DNA from: a virus
Taxonomy: Duplodnaviria; Heunggongvirae; Uroviricota; Caudoviricetes
DNA: 14,985 nt
Direction: 5' to 3' (one strand)
IMG/VR virus record: IMGVR_UViG_3300050821_002544
Shown here: piece by piece, positions 8,118 through 14,985 of the stretch
Position numbering within the stretch: position 1 is the first letter of the stretch
How the letters are laid out: the number at the start of each line of letters is the position of its first letter
Made by a program: the position numbers and the translations under genes
The notes under the pieces: model-generated
What the model was told of the DNA's origin: nothing
Database searches by the model: none
What the model saw: the letters and a program-made list of their open reading frames with translations, nothing else

Positions 8118-8833
8118 TATTTACTCTCATTATCATTTAATACTGTTTCACACTTTTTCCAAAAATTCTCTTGGCTTCCAGGGTGAAATATCTGAAAGCT
8201 ATGCCAAAACATAGGTAAGCCATGTGCTCCAAAAGTTGTGCCGCGTCCATAGACTGGCATACCATCCTTAAGTGCCCACGATCCTCCTTCACTTGGAGGA
8301 CTATCATAACATATTGGCATGTAATAGTCAACAGGAACGATTCCCGACTTCTCAGCAGCATATGTATACTCTTCGGCAACATCGGCGCGCGGTGTCTCTA
8401 ATCCGGATGGCTTTTTTATTGTTAGATAAGAGTCTACAGAAAGAGCAAGACAAGACGGTGCCACAAAAAGATGCTGATTATTCTGAATATGATTAGATCG
8501 TTGTACATTACCATATAACCATCCATTAGCAGCTTTATTAATAACATCGTCTATTGCATTTTCATTGAGGGGAATAGCATCAATATCCAAGAAAAAAATC
8601 ACATCATGATCGAATTTCTTTGGAATAGTCTGACCTGCAAATGTACCGTTCTGTTGTCCATTAAATGCCCATACGATATCCATAGAGGCACCGTGGCGCA
8701 TATCCGTCAACATACTATAATGTGGATACTTACTCTTATTAAACTTTTCCACTACCTTGCGCTGAATATCCACAGTCTTCTTATCGACATTATTCATAAA
8801 AAACGAAACTATTGCGCCATTTATTTTATCCAT
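8117..8833 (-). CDS. Putative GT-A-like glycosyltransferase (DxD motif)
   Basis: DHDVIFFLDIDAIP (hydrophobic strand followed by DxD); adjacent to a methyltransferase and a GT2. Confidence 0.55.
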   Translation of the reverse strand: MDKINGAIVSFFMNNVDKKTVDIQRKVVEKFNKSKYPHYSMLTDMRHGASMDIVWAFNGQQNGTFAGQTIPKKFDHDVIFFLDIDAIPLNENAIDDVINKAANGWLYGNVQRSNHIQNNQHLFVAPSCLALSVDSYLTIKKPSGLETPRADVAEEYTYAAEKSGIVPVDYYMPICYDSPPSEGGSWALKDGMPVYGRGTTFGAHGLPMFWHSFQIFHPGSQENFWKKCETVLNDNESK

Positions 8834-9438
8834 ACAAACTTAGCTCCCCTATCAATAACTTTATCATGAAATGTATATTCTGCTGCTCTACGTACATCAT
8901 CGTGTAGATAATCATCTCCAATAATAACACCACCCGATCTTAATATAGGATATGATAAAAATAGATCATTATGTACCGATCTAAAATCATGTCCTGCATC
9001 AATATAGATCAAATCTGCTTTAACATCCAATTTTGCAAGTGTCAATAATCCATTGACAGAATCAATAGGAAATGGTGTTATATAATTTTGAAGATTTGTA
9101 TGTACAACATTAGACATGAATTGTTGATATAATGTTGGTCTACCATGGATAAAATTCATCGTATATGATGATCTATCCCAATGCTCTACCGATCCTAACC
9201 ATGTATCAATACAGACAATTTCTGTATCTAAATTAAGATTCTTACAAAGCTGTGCCATTATCCTTGCAGAACCGCCCAGGAAAGAACCTACTTCTATAAT
9301 AGTCTGTGGTCTTAGTAAACTGATATATTCTACAAATATATCAATACTAGTTTCCCATGTAAACCCATCAAATGGGAGAGGATTCAAATTTACATATGGG
9401 TCTATAGGATAGAGTTGACTTCTTATTTTTGTTGCCAT
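8821..9438 (-). CDS. Class I SAM-dependent methyltransferase (Methyltransf_24-like)
   Basis: IIEVGSFLGGSA (motif I), CIDTWLGS, DLIYIDAGH, GGVIIGDDY; SD GGAG. Confidence 0.9.
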   Translation of the reverse strand: MATKIRSQLYPIDPYVNLNPLPFDGFTWETSIDIFVEYISLLRPQTIIEVGSFLGGSARIMAQLCKNLNLDTEIVCIDTWLGSVEHWDRSSYTMNFIHGRPTLYQQFMSNVVHTNLQNYITPFPIDSVNGLLTLAKLDVKADLIYIDAGHDFRSVHNDLFLSYPILRSGGVIIGDDYLHDDVRRAAEYTFHDKVIDRGAKFVWIK

Positions 9439-10169
9439 GGCAACACTCCATTATAACGACGTTGCATTTCTGCATTTCCATTTGTAAAAAATTCTGGTTT
9501 TACAGACAATTGAGAATTACTTGCAACAGCATAGTTAACAGAATATTCTTTTGTGCAATCGAATACATTAAAATGTTTTCTTAGAATTGCACAAATCTTA
9601 CGATCAATCTCTGGTTGTCCTGGTTCTCTGAACCTACAATACCAGACCGGTGAGATATCTACTGCAATCTTCCTAGGAAGAAAGTAACAGTTAACATCAA
9701 CAAAATAATCTTCAGGATGTATAACAGATGCCCAAAGACCTAAACTCTCACAATCATCATTACAGAGATATTCTCCATCGACAGATACTATCTTACGAAG
9801 AGAATATGTCCACTGGCATCCTCTTGCCATTACATCCAGACAATTTTGAATATGCATTGAATCAAGATAATTATCATCATCTAAGAATATGAGATAATCA
9901 CCATCGGCAAGATAACATCCGGCACCATACATACGATGCCCATTCCATCTATCATTACCCACTTGATATGGTAGATTTATAATATCCACAGGATGGGAAA
10001 AAGGAATATCCATAACCCTATCTCGCGCATCTGAACCATCGACAAACACAAGATGTTGTATATCAAATGGGGAATCAATTCTTCTAAGCTGATTCCCCAC
10101 AGATTCAACACAACGGGCAAGTTCCTTCCTGCCCGTTGTGGCTGTTATTACTGATACCTTGGGTATCAT
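9423..10169 (-). CDS. Glycosyltransferase family 2
   Basis: PKVSVITAT, LVFVDGS, YLIFLDDDN, VDVNCY; TAATG coupling to the vWA gene. Confidence 0.88.
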   Translation of the reverse strand: MIPKVSVITATTGRKELARCVESVGNQLRRIDSPFDIQHLVFVDGSDARDRVMDIPFSHPVDIINLPYQVGNDRWNGHRMYGAGCYLADGDYLIFLDDDNYLDSMHIQNCLDVMARGCQWTYSLRKIVSVDGEYLCNDDCESLGLWASVIHPEDYFVDVNCYFLPRKIAVDISPVWYCRFREPGQPEIDRKICAILRKHFNVFDCTKEYSVNYAVASNSQLSVKPEFFTNGNAEMQRRYNGVLPWQQK

Positions 10170-10954
10170 TATTTCTTAGAAACAGTCTTTGGTGGAATTG
10201 CAGTGGATGCTACATTTGCAGTGAATGTACCTGTAACTGGTATTACTGCCGTCCCTGTCCAATTAGGATCGAGCGGGTTGCCAGAAAAAACGCTAGAAAC
10301 ATTAGCTTCACCACCCATCATCTTAGTACGATCTTCGGCAGTAATACCAGAAGAAGCGGCGTATGATGTGCCTACAGAAGCAGCCTTGAAGTTATTAACA
10401 GAACGCGTCAATACATCATAGGTAGATGCAAGTCCATGCTTATTAGCTCCAAATGACATAGAATTGAGTGAACTAATTCCATACTTGGCACCTTCCTTGA
10501 TAGCATCCTGATTAGCACCCAAATACACAAATTCCCATTTGTAAACATCTGACTGGTGAGTAATCTTTTCCTTAATTTCTACCTTAGAATATTCACGGCT
10601 AGCATTTTCTTCACCATCTGTAATGATGACAAAAAGTACTTTAGCAGGACGATCCTCTTCATTAAGAGAAGACAAATATTGACCTAATTCTAGGATTGAA
10701 TTTCCTAGAGTGTCCAATAGTGGAGTACCACCGTTTGGCTTATATGTCTTTGTTGTCAATTCTTCTACAGTAGAAATATTAACATTTCTATGTGTGTAGC
10801 CTTTGAATGTTACCAATGAGAATGTATCTCCTGGCTTTGCTGACTTCTTTTGTTCTCTTACGAAAGTATTATAACCTCCTAAAGTATCATTAAGGATCAT
10901 ATCCATTGATCCAGAATCATCAAGCACAACAGTAATGTGTGTAGTATCTTTCAT
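10169..10954 (-). CDS. von Willebrand factor type A (vWA) domain protein
   Basis: MIDAS motifs VVLDDSGSM, GGTPLLD, ITDGEEN, plus FVYLGANQDA; SD AGGA. Confidence 0.9.
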   Translation of the reverse strand: MKDTTHITVVLDDSGSMDMILNDTLGGYNTFVREQKKSAKPGDTFSLVTFKGYTHRNVNISTVEELTTKTYKPNGGTPLLDTLGNSILELGQYLSSLNEEDRPAKVLFVIITDGEENASREYSKVEIKEKITHQSDVYKWEFVYLGANQDAIKEGAKYGISSLNSMSFGANKHGLASTYDVLTRSVNNFKAASVGTSYAASSGITAEDRTKMMGGEANVSSVFSGNPLDPNWTGTAVIPVTGTFTANVASTAIPPKTVSKK

Positions 10955-11313
10955 ATAATATTTCCTTTTAAATAATTCATCGCTTTATTAAGACCTTCCA
11001 AACTATCACCAAGTTTTCCAATACCTAAATTACAATTATTGCATAACCAACCGCGAAATTTCCCAGTTATATGGTCATGATCTAAATGTAAACTTTGTTT
11101 ACCAATAGGTAATTTACCACAACACTCACAAAATTCTGGACATACATGTGTAGGTTCAGGATATCCACAATATTGTCTATGATAAACACGTTTACGCTCT
11201 TTCAAAACAGGATCAAGTCTACGTTTTCTTTGATAGATGCGTCGATTTTCTTGATTAACAGGATCAAGTCTATATTTACGTTGATAATCAGGATCATTCT
11301 TAGATATACGCAT
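10951..11313 (-). CDS. Endonuclease VII-like HNH nuclease, possible free-standing homing endonuclease
   Basis: CECCG...LHLDHDHITGKFRGWLCNNCNLGIG matches the T4 Endo VII CxxC-DHDH-RGxLCxxCN core. True start is ATG 11313 (TGATG coupling); the track start 11316 is a TTG. Confidence 0.85.
   Translation of the reverse strand: MRISKNDPDYQRKYRLDPVNQENRRIYQRKRRLDPVLKERKRVYHRQYCGYPEPTHVCPEFCECCGKLPIGKQSLHLDHDHITGKFRGWLCNNCNLGIGKLGDSLEGLNKAMNYLKGNII
11206..11272. repeat. Exact 16-bp direct repeat aacaggatcaagtcta, 51-bp period
   Basis: Copies at 11206-11221 and 11257-11272, with a partial third (caggatca, 11289-11296). They encode repeated RLDPV motifs in the nuclease N-terminus. Confidence 0.9.
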
Positions 11314-12152
11314 CAAACCTCAAATGTCAAATTTGCATCAAACTGCGGATTCTCAGGTGGTTCTCTTCCATTAGAAGAAACGTAACCACGAGGATTGCAA
11401 ATCACCCTTGTATCGCCAATCATATAATCATGAGAATCATGGGTATGTCCATGTACCCAAACCTTGATCGCTGGATTATTTAGTATGAGTTCCGATAGCT
11501 CAGAATAGAAATGAAAGTTAACAGGATTATTAATCCCATGCTTAGGATGACTACTCTTGGAACATGGTCCAAAGTGAGTCATAATAATGATTTTAAGATC
11601 ATCTTTAAATCTATTAGATTCAAGAAAATACTTCAATTCTACCAGAGTAGCCGAATGTTCTGCCATCGTAATATTGCCGGTAATATCCACTGGACGATCA
11701 TGATTAGGTGGTGTATGACGAATCCAGCCACGAAAATCATTAATAGTACGCTCAATAGCATGTTGAACAATAGGATTTCCTTTGTTCATATCAGACCATA
11801 GAGTAGCACCCCATAAAATGGTATTATTACCAAGATCAACCTGATCTTTTTCAAGTAATTGAATGTTAGAATAATTCTCAATAAATTCACTAACAATCTG
11901 TTGAGTGTCTTCAAATTGACCGGTATAATGTTCATGATTTCCCATGACCATATATGTCTGTTTATATTTCTTAGAAACTTCATCAAAGAATTTTCTTGCA
12001 CGAGTAGCAAAAGTCAATGCTTGCTTATCAGTTCTATTATAGCGAAGTGGATCAGCAACAACAATATCTCCCGCAAGCAGAAGATTATTTCCACCAGGCA
12101 GTTCCAACTCGGACCATTCCAAATGCAAATCGCTAACTAGATTGAAATTCAT
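11313..12152 (-). CDS. Calcineurin-like metallophosphoesterase
   Basis: All five motifs present: SDLH, AGD, GNHEHY, THFGP, HGHTH. Confidence 0.92.
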   Translation of the reverse strand: MNFNLVSDLHLEWSELELPGGNNLLLAGDIVVADPLRYNRTDKQALTFATRARKFFDEVSKKYKQTYMVMGNHEHYTGQFEDTQQIVSEFIENYSNIQLLEKDQVDLGNNTILWGATLWSDMNKGNPIVQHAIERTINDFRGWIRHTPPNHDRPVDITGNITMAEHSATLVELKYFLESNRFKDDLKIIIMTHFGPCSKSSHPKHGINNPVNFHFYSELSELILNNPAIKVWVHGHTHDSHDYMIGDTRVICNPRGYVSSNGREPPENPQFDANLTFEV

Positions 12153-12352
12153 ATTTTTACTCTTTTCTTACAATTATTGACTATCAATTCTTTTTCAGAA
12201 TTGGTAGAAGCATCCCATTCGACTATCTCTTTCAATGTCATAAAGCAGCATTCACAGAATCCTGTGACGCTGCTTACAACACACTGATTTTGACAGGGTG
12301 ATTTTGGTTCAGGGACCGGTCTTTCCCATACGTCGTTTGTTACGTTTGCCAT
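12149..12352 (-). CDS. DUF1289-like small Cys-rich protein
   Basis: SPCQNQC...GFCECCFMTLKEIVEW matches the SPCxxxC...GxCxGCxRTxxEIxxW pattern; ATGA coupling to the next gene. Confidence 0.7.
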   Translation of the reverse strand: MANVTNDVWERPVPEPKSPCQNQCVVSSVTGFCECCFMTLKEIVEWDASTNSEKELIVNNCKKRVKI

Positions 12353-12530
12353 TCTTGACCTTAATCAAGGGTTTAATATCCTTAATTCCCATCTGAGATA
12401 AAAATTCTCTTGCCTTCGCAAATTGATCTTCATAATTTGCAACAACAAGAACCTTTGCAATATCTTCTGATTTAGGAAGTACTGCCATCTGAACATTCAT
12501 CAATTTACTTACTCGCTTTAGAAAGGACAT
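12309..12530 (-). CDS. Hypothetical protein (73 aa)
   Basis: Tiles the operon; no recognisable motif. Confidence 0.6.
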   Translation of the reverse strand: MSFLKRVSKLMNVQMAVLPKSEDIAKVLVVANYEDQFAKAREFLSQMGIKDIKPLIKVKNGKRNKRRMGKTGP

Positions 12531-12711
12531 GTCTTATTTCACTCTGCATAACACCGGCAGCAAACAAAGTCTTAAAACTAAGAGGAATCTTTGTTCTGCC
12601 AAAATGTGCTAGAAAAACGTTTAGAGCATAAAGCAATACCGCAATACGGACAAAATGCCATACACCGACTATCACAAGAATGCCACCAAAAATTTCTAAT
12701 AATTCACGCAC
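12505..12711 (-). CDS. Small predicted membrane protein (68 aa)
   Basis: Hydrophobic stretch IFGGILVIVGVWHFVRIAVLLYALNVFLAHF; GTG start 7 nt after the -10 box of P2. Confidence 0.6.
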   Translation of the reverse strand: MRELLEIFGGILVIVGVWHFVRIAVLLYALNVFLAHFGRTKIPLSFKTLFAAGVMQSEIRHVLSKASK

Positions 12712-12717
12712 ACCGAC

Positions 12718-12746
12718 ATTATACAGGAAACCCTATAAATAGTAAA
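12718..12746 (-). promoter_or_regulatory. sigma70-type promoter P2 (TTTACT-17 bp-TATAAT)
   Basis: Minus strand TTTACT (12746-12741), spacer ATTTATAGGGTTTCCTG, TATAAT (12723-12718), intergenic. Confidence 0.75.
12734..12741 (+). promoter_or_regulatory. Perfect T4 late promoter consensus TATAAATA, antisense orientation
   Basis: Exact 8-mer on the + strand, inside the P2 spacer and touching its -35 box. Confidence 0.4.
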
Positions 12747-12760
12747 GCAGAATAACCTAT

Positions 12761-12777
12761 TAAGAATCAATGACTTA
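12761..12777. repeat. Imperfect palindrome TAAG-aa-TCA-a-TGA-CTTA upstream of P2
   Basis: taagaatcaatgactta, overlapping the dCMP deaminase stop codon. Confidence 0.35.
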
Positions 12778-13302
12778 CGCTATGTCGTTGATTTCCTTAA
12801 GATCATATTCGACCAATTCTAAGCCCATCTGAGCGGCGTAGTTTCTAGTCTTATCAAAGCTAGTCCCCCACCTAGAAAGCTGCTCCTGAGTCGGCGTAGG
12901 AGCTATAAAGCGGACAATTCCCGCTTGTGCCATGATGACGCAACAGCGATCACAAGGCATAAAAGGGATTGTATAAAGTGAGAACCCTGTCACATTTTCT
13001 CTTGAGCTTAAAAGCGCATTAATTTCACCATGAATAATACGAGAATATTTCTCTTCTCTGTTATTTAATTGTTCATTATTATCCGACATTTTTCTTGGGA
13101 ACCCGTTATAACCAAGAGATGCTACTGTATTATCCGGTCTTACGATAACAGCACCAACTTTTGTGCTAGGGTCTTTTGACCATAATGATACTGTTATCGC
13201 CAAATTAAGAAACCTAAGATCCCACTTAACTTTAGATTTTTCTCGAAGATCAATTTGATCTTGAATATATTTCATTGTTTTCATTGTCTCAAAACTATTC
13301 AT
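12775..13302 (-). CDS. cd: dCMP deaminase
   Basis: WDLRFLNLA, SKDPSTKVGAVIV, GYNGFP, IHGEINA (HxE), PCDRC (PCxxC). Confidence 0.92.
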   Translation of the reverse strand: MNSFETMKTMKYIQDQIDLREKSKVKWDLRFLNLAITVSLWSKDPSTKVGAVIVRPDNTVASLGYNGFPRKMSDNNEQLNNREEKYSRIIHGEINALLSSRENVTGFSLYTIPFMPCDRCCVIMAQAGIVRFIAPTPTQEQLSRWGTSFDKTRNYAAQMGLELVEYDLKEINDIA

Positions 13303-13304
13303 TA

Positions 13305-13640
13305 TTAAATTTTACCTTCTCTTAATAGTTGCTCGTAGATACTATTGAGTTTCGAAAACTTTAATTCATATAATTCATGAAGACCTAATAGAGCATTGGC
13401 AATGTTATCTTTAGTAAGATTATCATCGTCCATTACTGCCGCATAGATTGTTTCAATATCATCGGTCACGCGCCAACAATCCATCATTTGTTCTTCTAAA
13501 TCAAAACGATCTGTTTCACTAGATTCAGCAATCTTCCATTCAAAGTCTGGTGCCATTGTTACTTCCACTTCTGGTTGTTCTAATCGTGTATTCAACTCAT
13601 CAACTCCATACTCATAACCCATATACGTTTCTGTTTTCAT
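13305..13640 (-). CDS. Hypothetical acidic helical protein (111 aa)
   Basis: DRFDLEEQMMDCW...NALLGLHELYELKF, a pattern I recall from T4-like phage hypotheticals; tiles the operon. Confidence 0.8.
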   Translation of the reverse strand: MKTETYMGYEYGVDELNTRLEQPEVEVTMAPDFEWKIAESSETDRFDLEEQMMDCWRVTDDIETIYAAVMDDDNLTKDNIANALLGLHELYELKFSKLNSIYEQLLREGKI

Positions 13641-13643
13641 AAT

Positions 13644-14228
13644 TTAATCCCATAAGTCCTGATAATATTTACCAAACAATCGAAAACCATTCTTCTTTCG
13701 ATCATAATATTTCTTTGCACCTTCAGCATCATAGGTATGAGTATCGTTTGGTCCTTTGACCATTCTCCAGGCTTTAACAAAAGAGTCTTTACTTTTATCT
13801 TCTGATTCTATAGGATCACCCATTGGTTCATAATCTTCGCCTAATGGCTGCCACATAACATGAGCAACACCACTATGAAACTGGTCTTCTGCTTCGTCAT
13901 CCAATTCTTGCTCGAATGACCATATCATTTCATCAAGAATATAATCCCAACGCTTGAAATGATTTTCATCAACATCATATTCGCATTCTGGTTTAGGAGC
14001 AGCAGAAGATTGAAGTTCACGAGGAACGTCATTATCATCTGTATTAGGAGCGCCGTGCTTTGTCTCTTTTAATTGCTTGAGCATAGGAAGAACAATATAG
14101 GCAAGAGTATGGTCCATAGACCATGTATCCCATTTATCGATACGTACCCGAATCTTACGGGGTTTACCTTCGATCCACTCACCTTTTACTTTCTTATTTG
14201 TCGTATATCGACCTAGATAAACTTTCAC
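13644..14228 (-). CDS. Hypothetical protein (194 aa)
   Basis: IDKWDTWSMDHTLAYIVLPMLKQLK...WDYILDEMIWSF...GFRLFGKYYQDLWD, recalled as a conserved T4-like phage hypothetical; GTG start with GTGA overlap and SD GGGAG. Confidence 0.85.
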   Translation of the reverse strand: MKVYLGRYTTNKKVKGEWIEGKPRKIRVRIDKWDTWSMDHTLAYIVLPMLKQLKETKHGAPNTDDNDVPRELQSSAAPKPECEYDVDENHFKRWDYILDEMIWSFEQELDDEAEDQFHSGVAHVMWQPLGEDYEPMGDPIESEDKSKDSFVKAWRMVKGPNDTHTYDAEGAKKYYDRKKNGFRLFGKYYQDLWD

Positions 14229-14683
14229 ATATGCTCCCTATCTTTCAAAAATTCTTGCCATGGAATACCAGGTTCTTTCATAGAAGAATCAGGAAAGAAA
14301 TACCATGTTCTTGTGGTTCTTCCACGGATAAAGAGCGTCCAAGTCTTACCAGACTCAGGAATCTCTACCCAATGAATTACATCCTTACCGAATCGGATTG
14401 AACCAGGACCGCGCCACGTTTTAGTTCCGTGAGGACCATGTTCCCAATACCCACCTTTTAGAATTATTGTACAATACCACCATGGGTGGGAGTGTAATAC
14501 AGGATCATCGGATTGAAGAAATTGATGTACGAATATATTGAATGGAATATCTTTGCGTTGACGCTGATCGCCATCAGGGAATACAACATACCATCTATTA
14601 AGATAGTCCTTGATTCCATCACGATCTTTGATTACAGATTTGCGACCTTTACGCTCTAATCTATTAAGAAACCATCCAAACAT
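14225..14683 (-). CDS. Cupin-superfamily protein
   Basis: LHSHPWWYCTIILKGGYWEH...GPGSIRF...IHWVEI...TWTLFIRG gives the cupin HxH...E...H metal ligands; SD GAGGA. Confidence 0.75.
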   Translation of the reverse strand: MFGWFLNRLERKGRKSVIKDRDGIKDYLNRWYVVFPDGDQRQRKDIPFNIFVHQFLQSDDPVLHSHPWWYCTIILKGGYWEHGPHGTKTWRGPGSIRFGKDVIHWVEIPESGKTWTLFIRGRTTRTWYFFPDSSMKEPGIPWQEFLKDREHM

Positions 14684-14699
14684 ATCAACAATCCTCTAT

Positions 14700-14729
14700 A
14701 GGAAAGTTATATTATACGGGAAGTTTCCT
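14700..14729. repeat. 9-bp imperfect inverted repeat straddling the -10 box of P3
   Basis: aggaaagtt (14700-14708) and aagtttcct (14721-14729), 8/9 complementary, 12-bp spacer containing the -10. Confidence 0.5.
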
Positions 14730-14739
14730 TAATTGTCAA
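14711..14739 (-). promoter_or_regulatory. Perfect-consensus sigma70 promoter P3 (TTGACA-17 bp-TATAAT)
   Basis: Minus strand TTGACA (14739-14734), spacer ATTAAGGAAACTTCCCG, TATAAT (14716-14711); SD GAGGA and ATG 14683 follow. Confidence 0.9.
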
Positions 14740-14985
14740 CCTTCTTACGTCCGATTGTATATTTTGCTACTAATTGCCAGTCATTTTTCTCTTTAAAAGA
14801 GATGATTTTAATCTGTGCTAGTGGAGCGAGGTTTTCTTTGATTTTATCTGGATCAATGACTTTAACCAGATTCCATTCTTCTAACAATTTAGCAATTGTG
14901 TTTCGACGTGCAAGATCATTATCTACAATATCTGTGGGTTTACCGTCCAACATGAACAATTCTTTGAAATGAACAATAGCATAAA
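14729..14985 (-). CDS. regA: RegA translational repressor (5' part outside the window)
   Basis: YAIVHFKELFMLDG...RRNTIAKLLEEWNL...IKIISFKEKNDWQLVAKYTIG, the conserved RegA C-terminal half. The frame is open to the window edge, so the track start 14959 (TTG) is internal. Confidence 0.95.
   Translation of the reverse strand, partial: YAIVHFKELFMLDGKPTDIVDNDLARRNTIAKLLEEWNLVKVIDPDKIKENLAPLAQIKIISFKEKNDWQLVAKYTIGRKKVDN

Noticed and set aside
13271-13288. 9-bp tandem repeat ttcattgt(t/c)
   Set aside because: Only two short copies, encoding TMK-TMK; no evident significance.
1867-14972. All + strand ORFs in the track (e.g. 2193-2408, 3941-4144, 5307-5582, 10136-10366, 11511-11801, 14733-14972)
   Set aside because: Antisense shadows of well-supported minus-strand genes, with no motifs. 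The Cys/Trp-rich 10136-10366 ORF is an off-strand reading of the vWA tail.
1-14985. Stop-codon reassignment, introns/inteins, tRNAs, CRISPR arrays, Rho-independent terminators
   Set aside because: Core genes are full length under the standard code, with TAA, TGA and TAG all used as stops. gp43, gp41 and UvsX have normal sizes, and no cloverleaf, spacer array or hairpin-plus-U-tract was seen.

Overview
Core replication region of a large, AT-rich T4-like (myovirus-type) bacteriophage; every credible gene is on the minus strand. In transcription order (right to left): regA (3' part), then a ~7 kb block of 15 accessory genes (cupin, two hypotheticals, dCMP deaminase, small membrane protein, hypothetical, DUF1289-like Cys protein, metallophosphoesterase, Endo VII-like HNH nuclease, vWA protein, GT2 glycosyltransferase, SAM methyltransferase, second DxD glycosyltransferase-like protein, two small hypotheticals). 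These are followed by gp43 DNA polymerase, a degenerate MazG-like protein, uvsX, a gene in the gp40 position, gp41 helicase, an HExxH zincin, a PD-(D/E)xK nuclease and a partial RfbH/DegT-family PLP enzyme that is missing from the ORF track. Three sigma70-type promoters and two T4-late-type motifs are readable. The most interesting signals are a GT-MT-GT sugar-modification cassette close upstream of a polymerase with a non-canonical motif A (DLDGLYP), a deoxysugar-pathway enzyme, two apparently leaderless transcripts, and an antisense late-promoter motif inside an early promoter. Family assignments come from motif recognition by eye; no database search was run.
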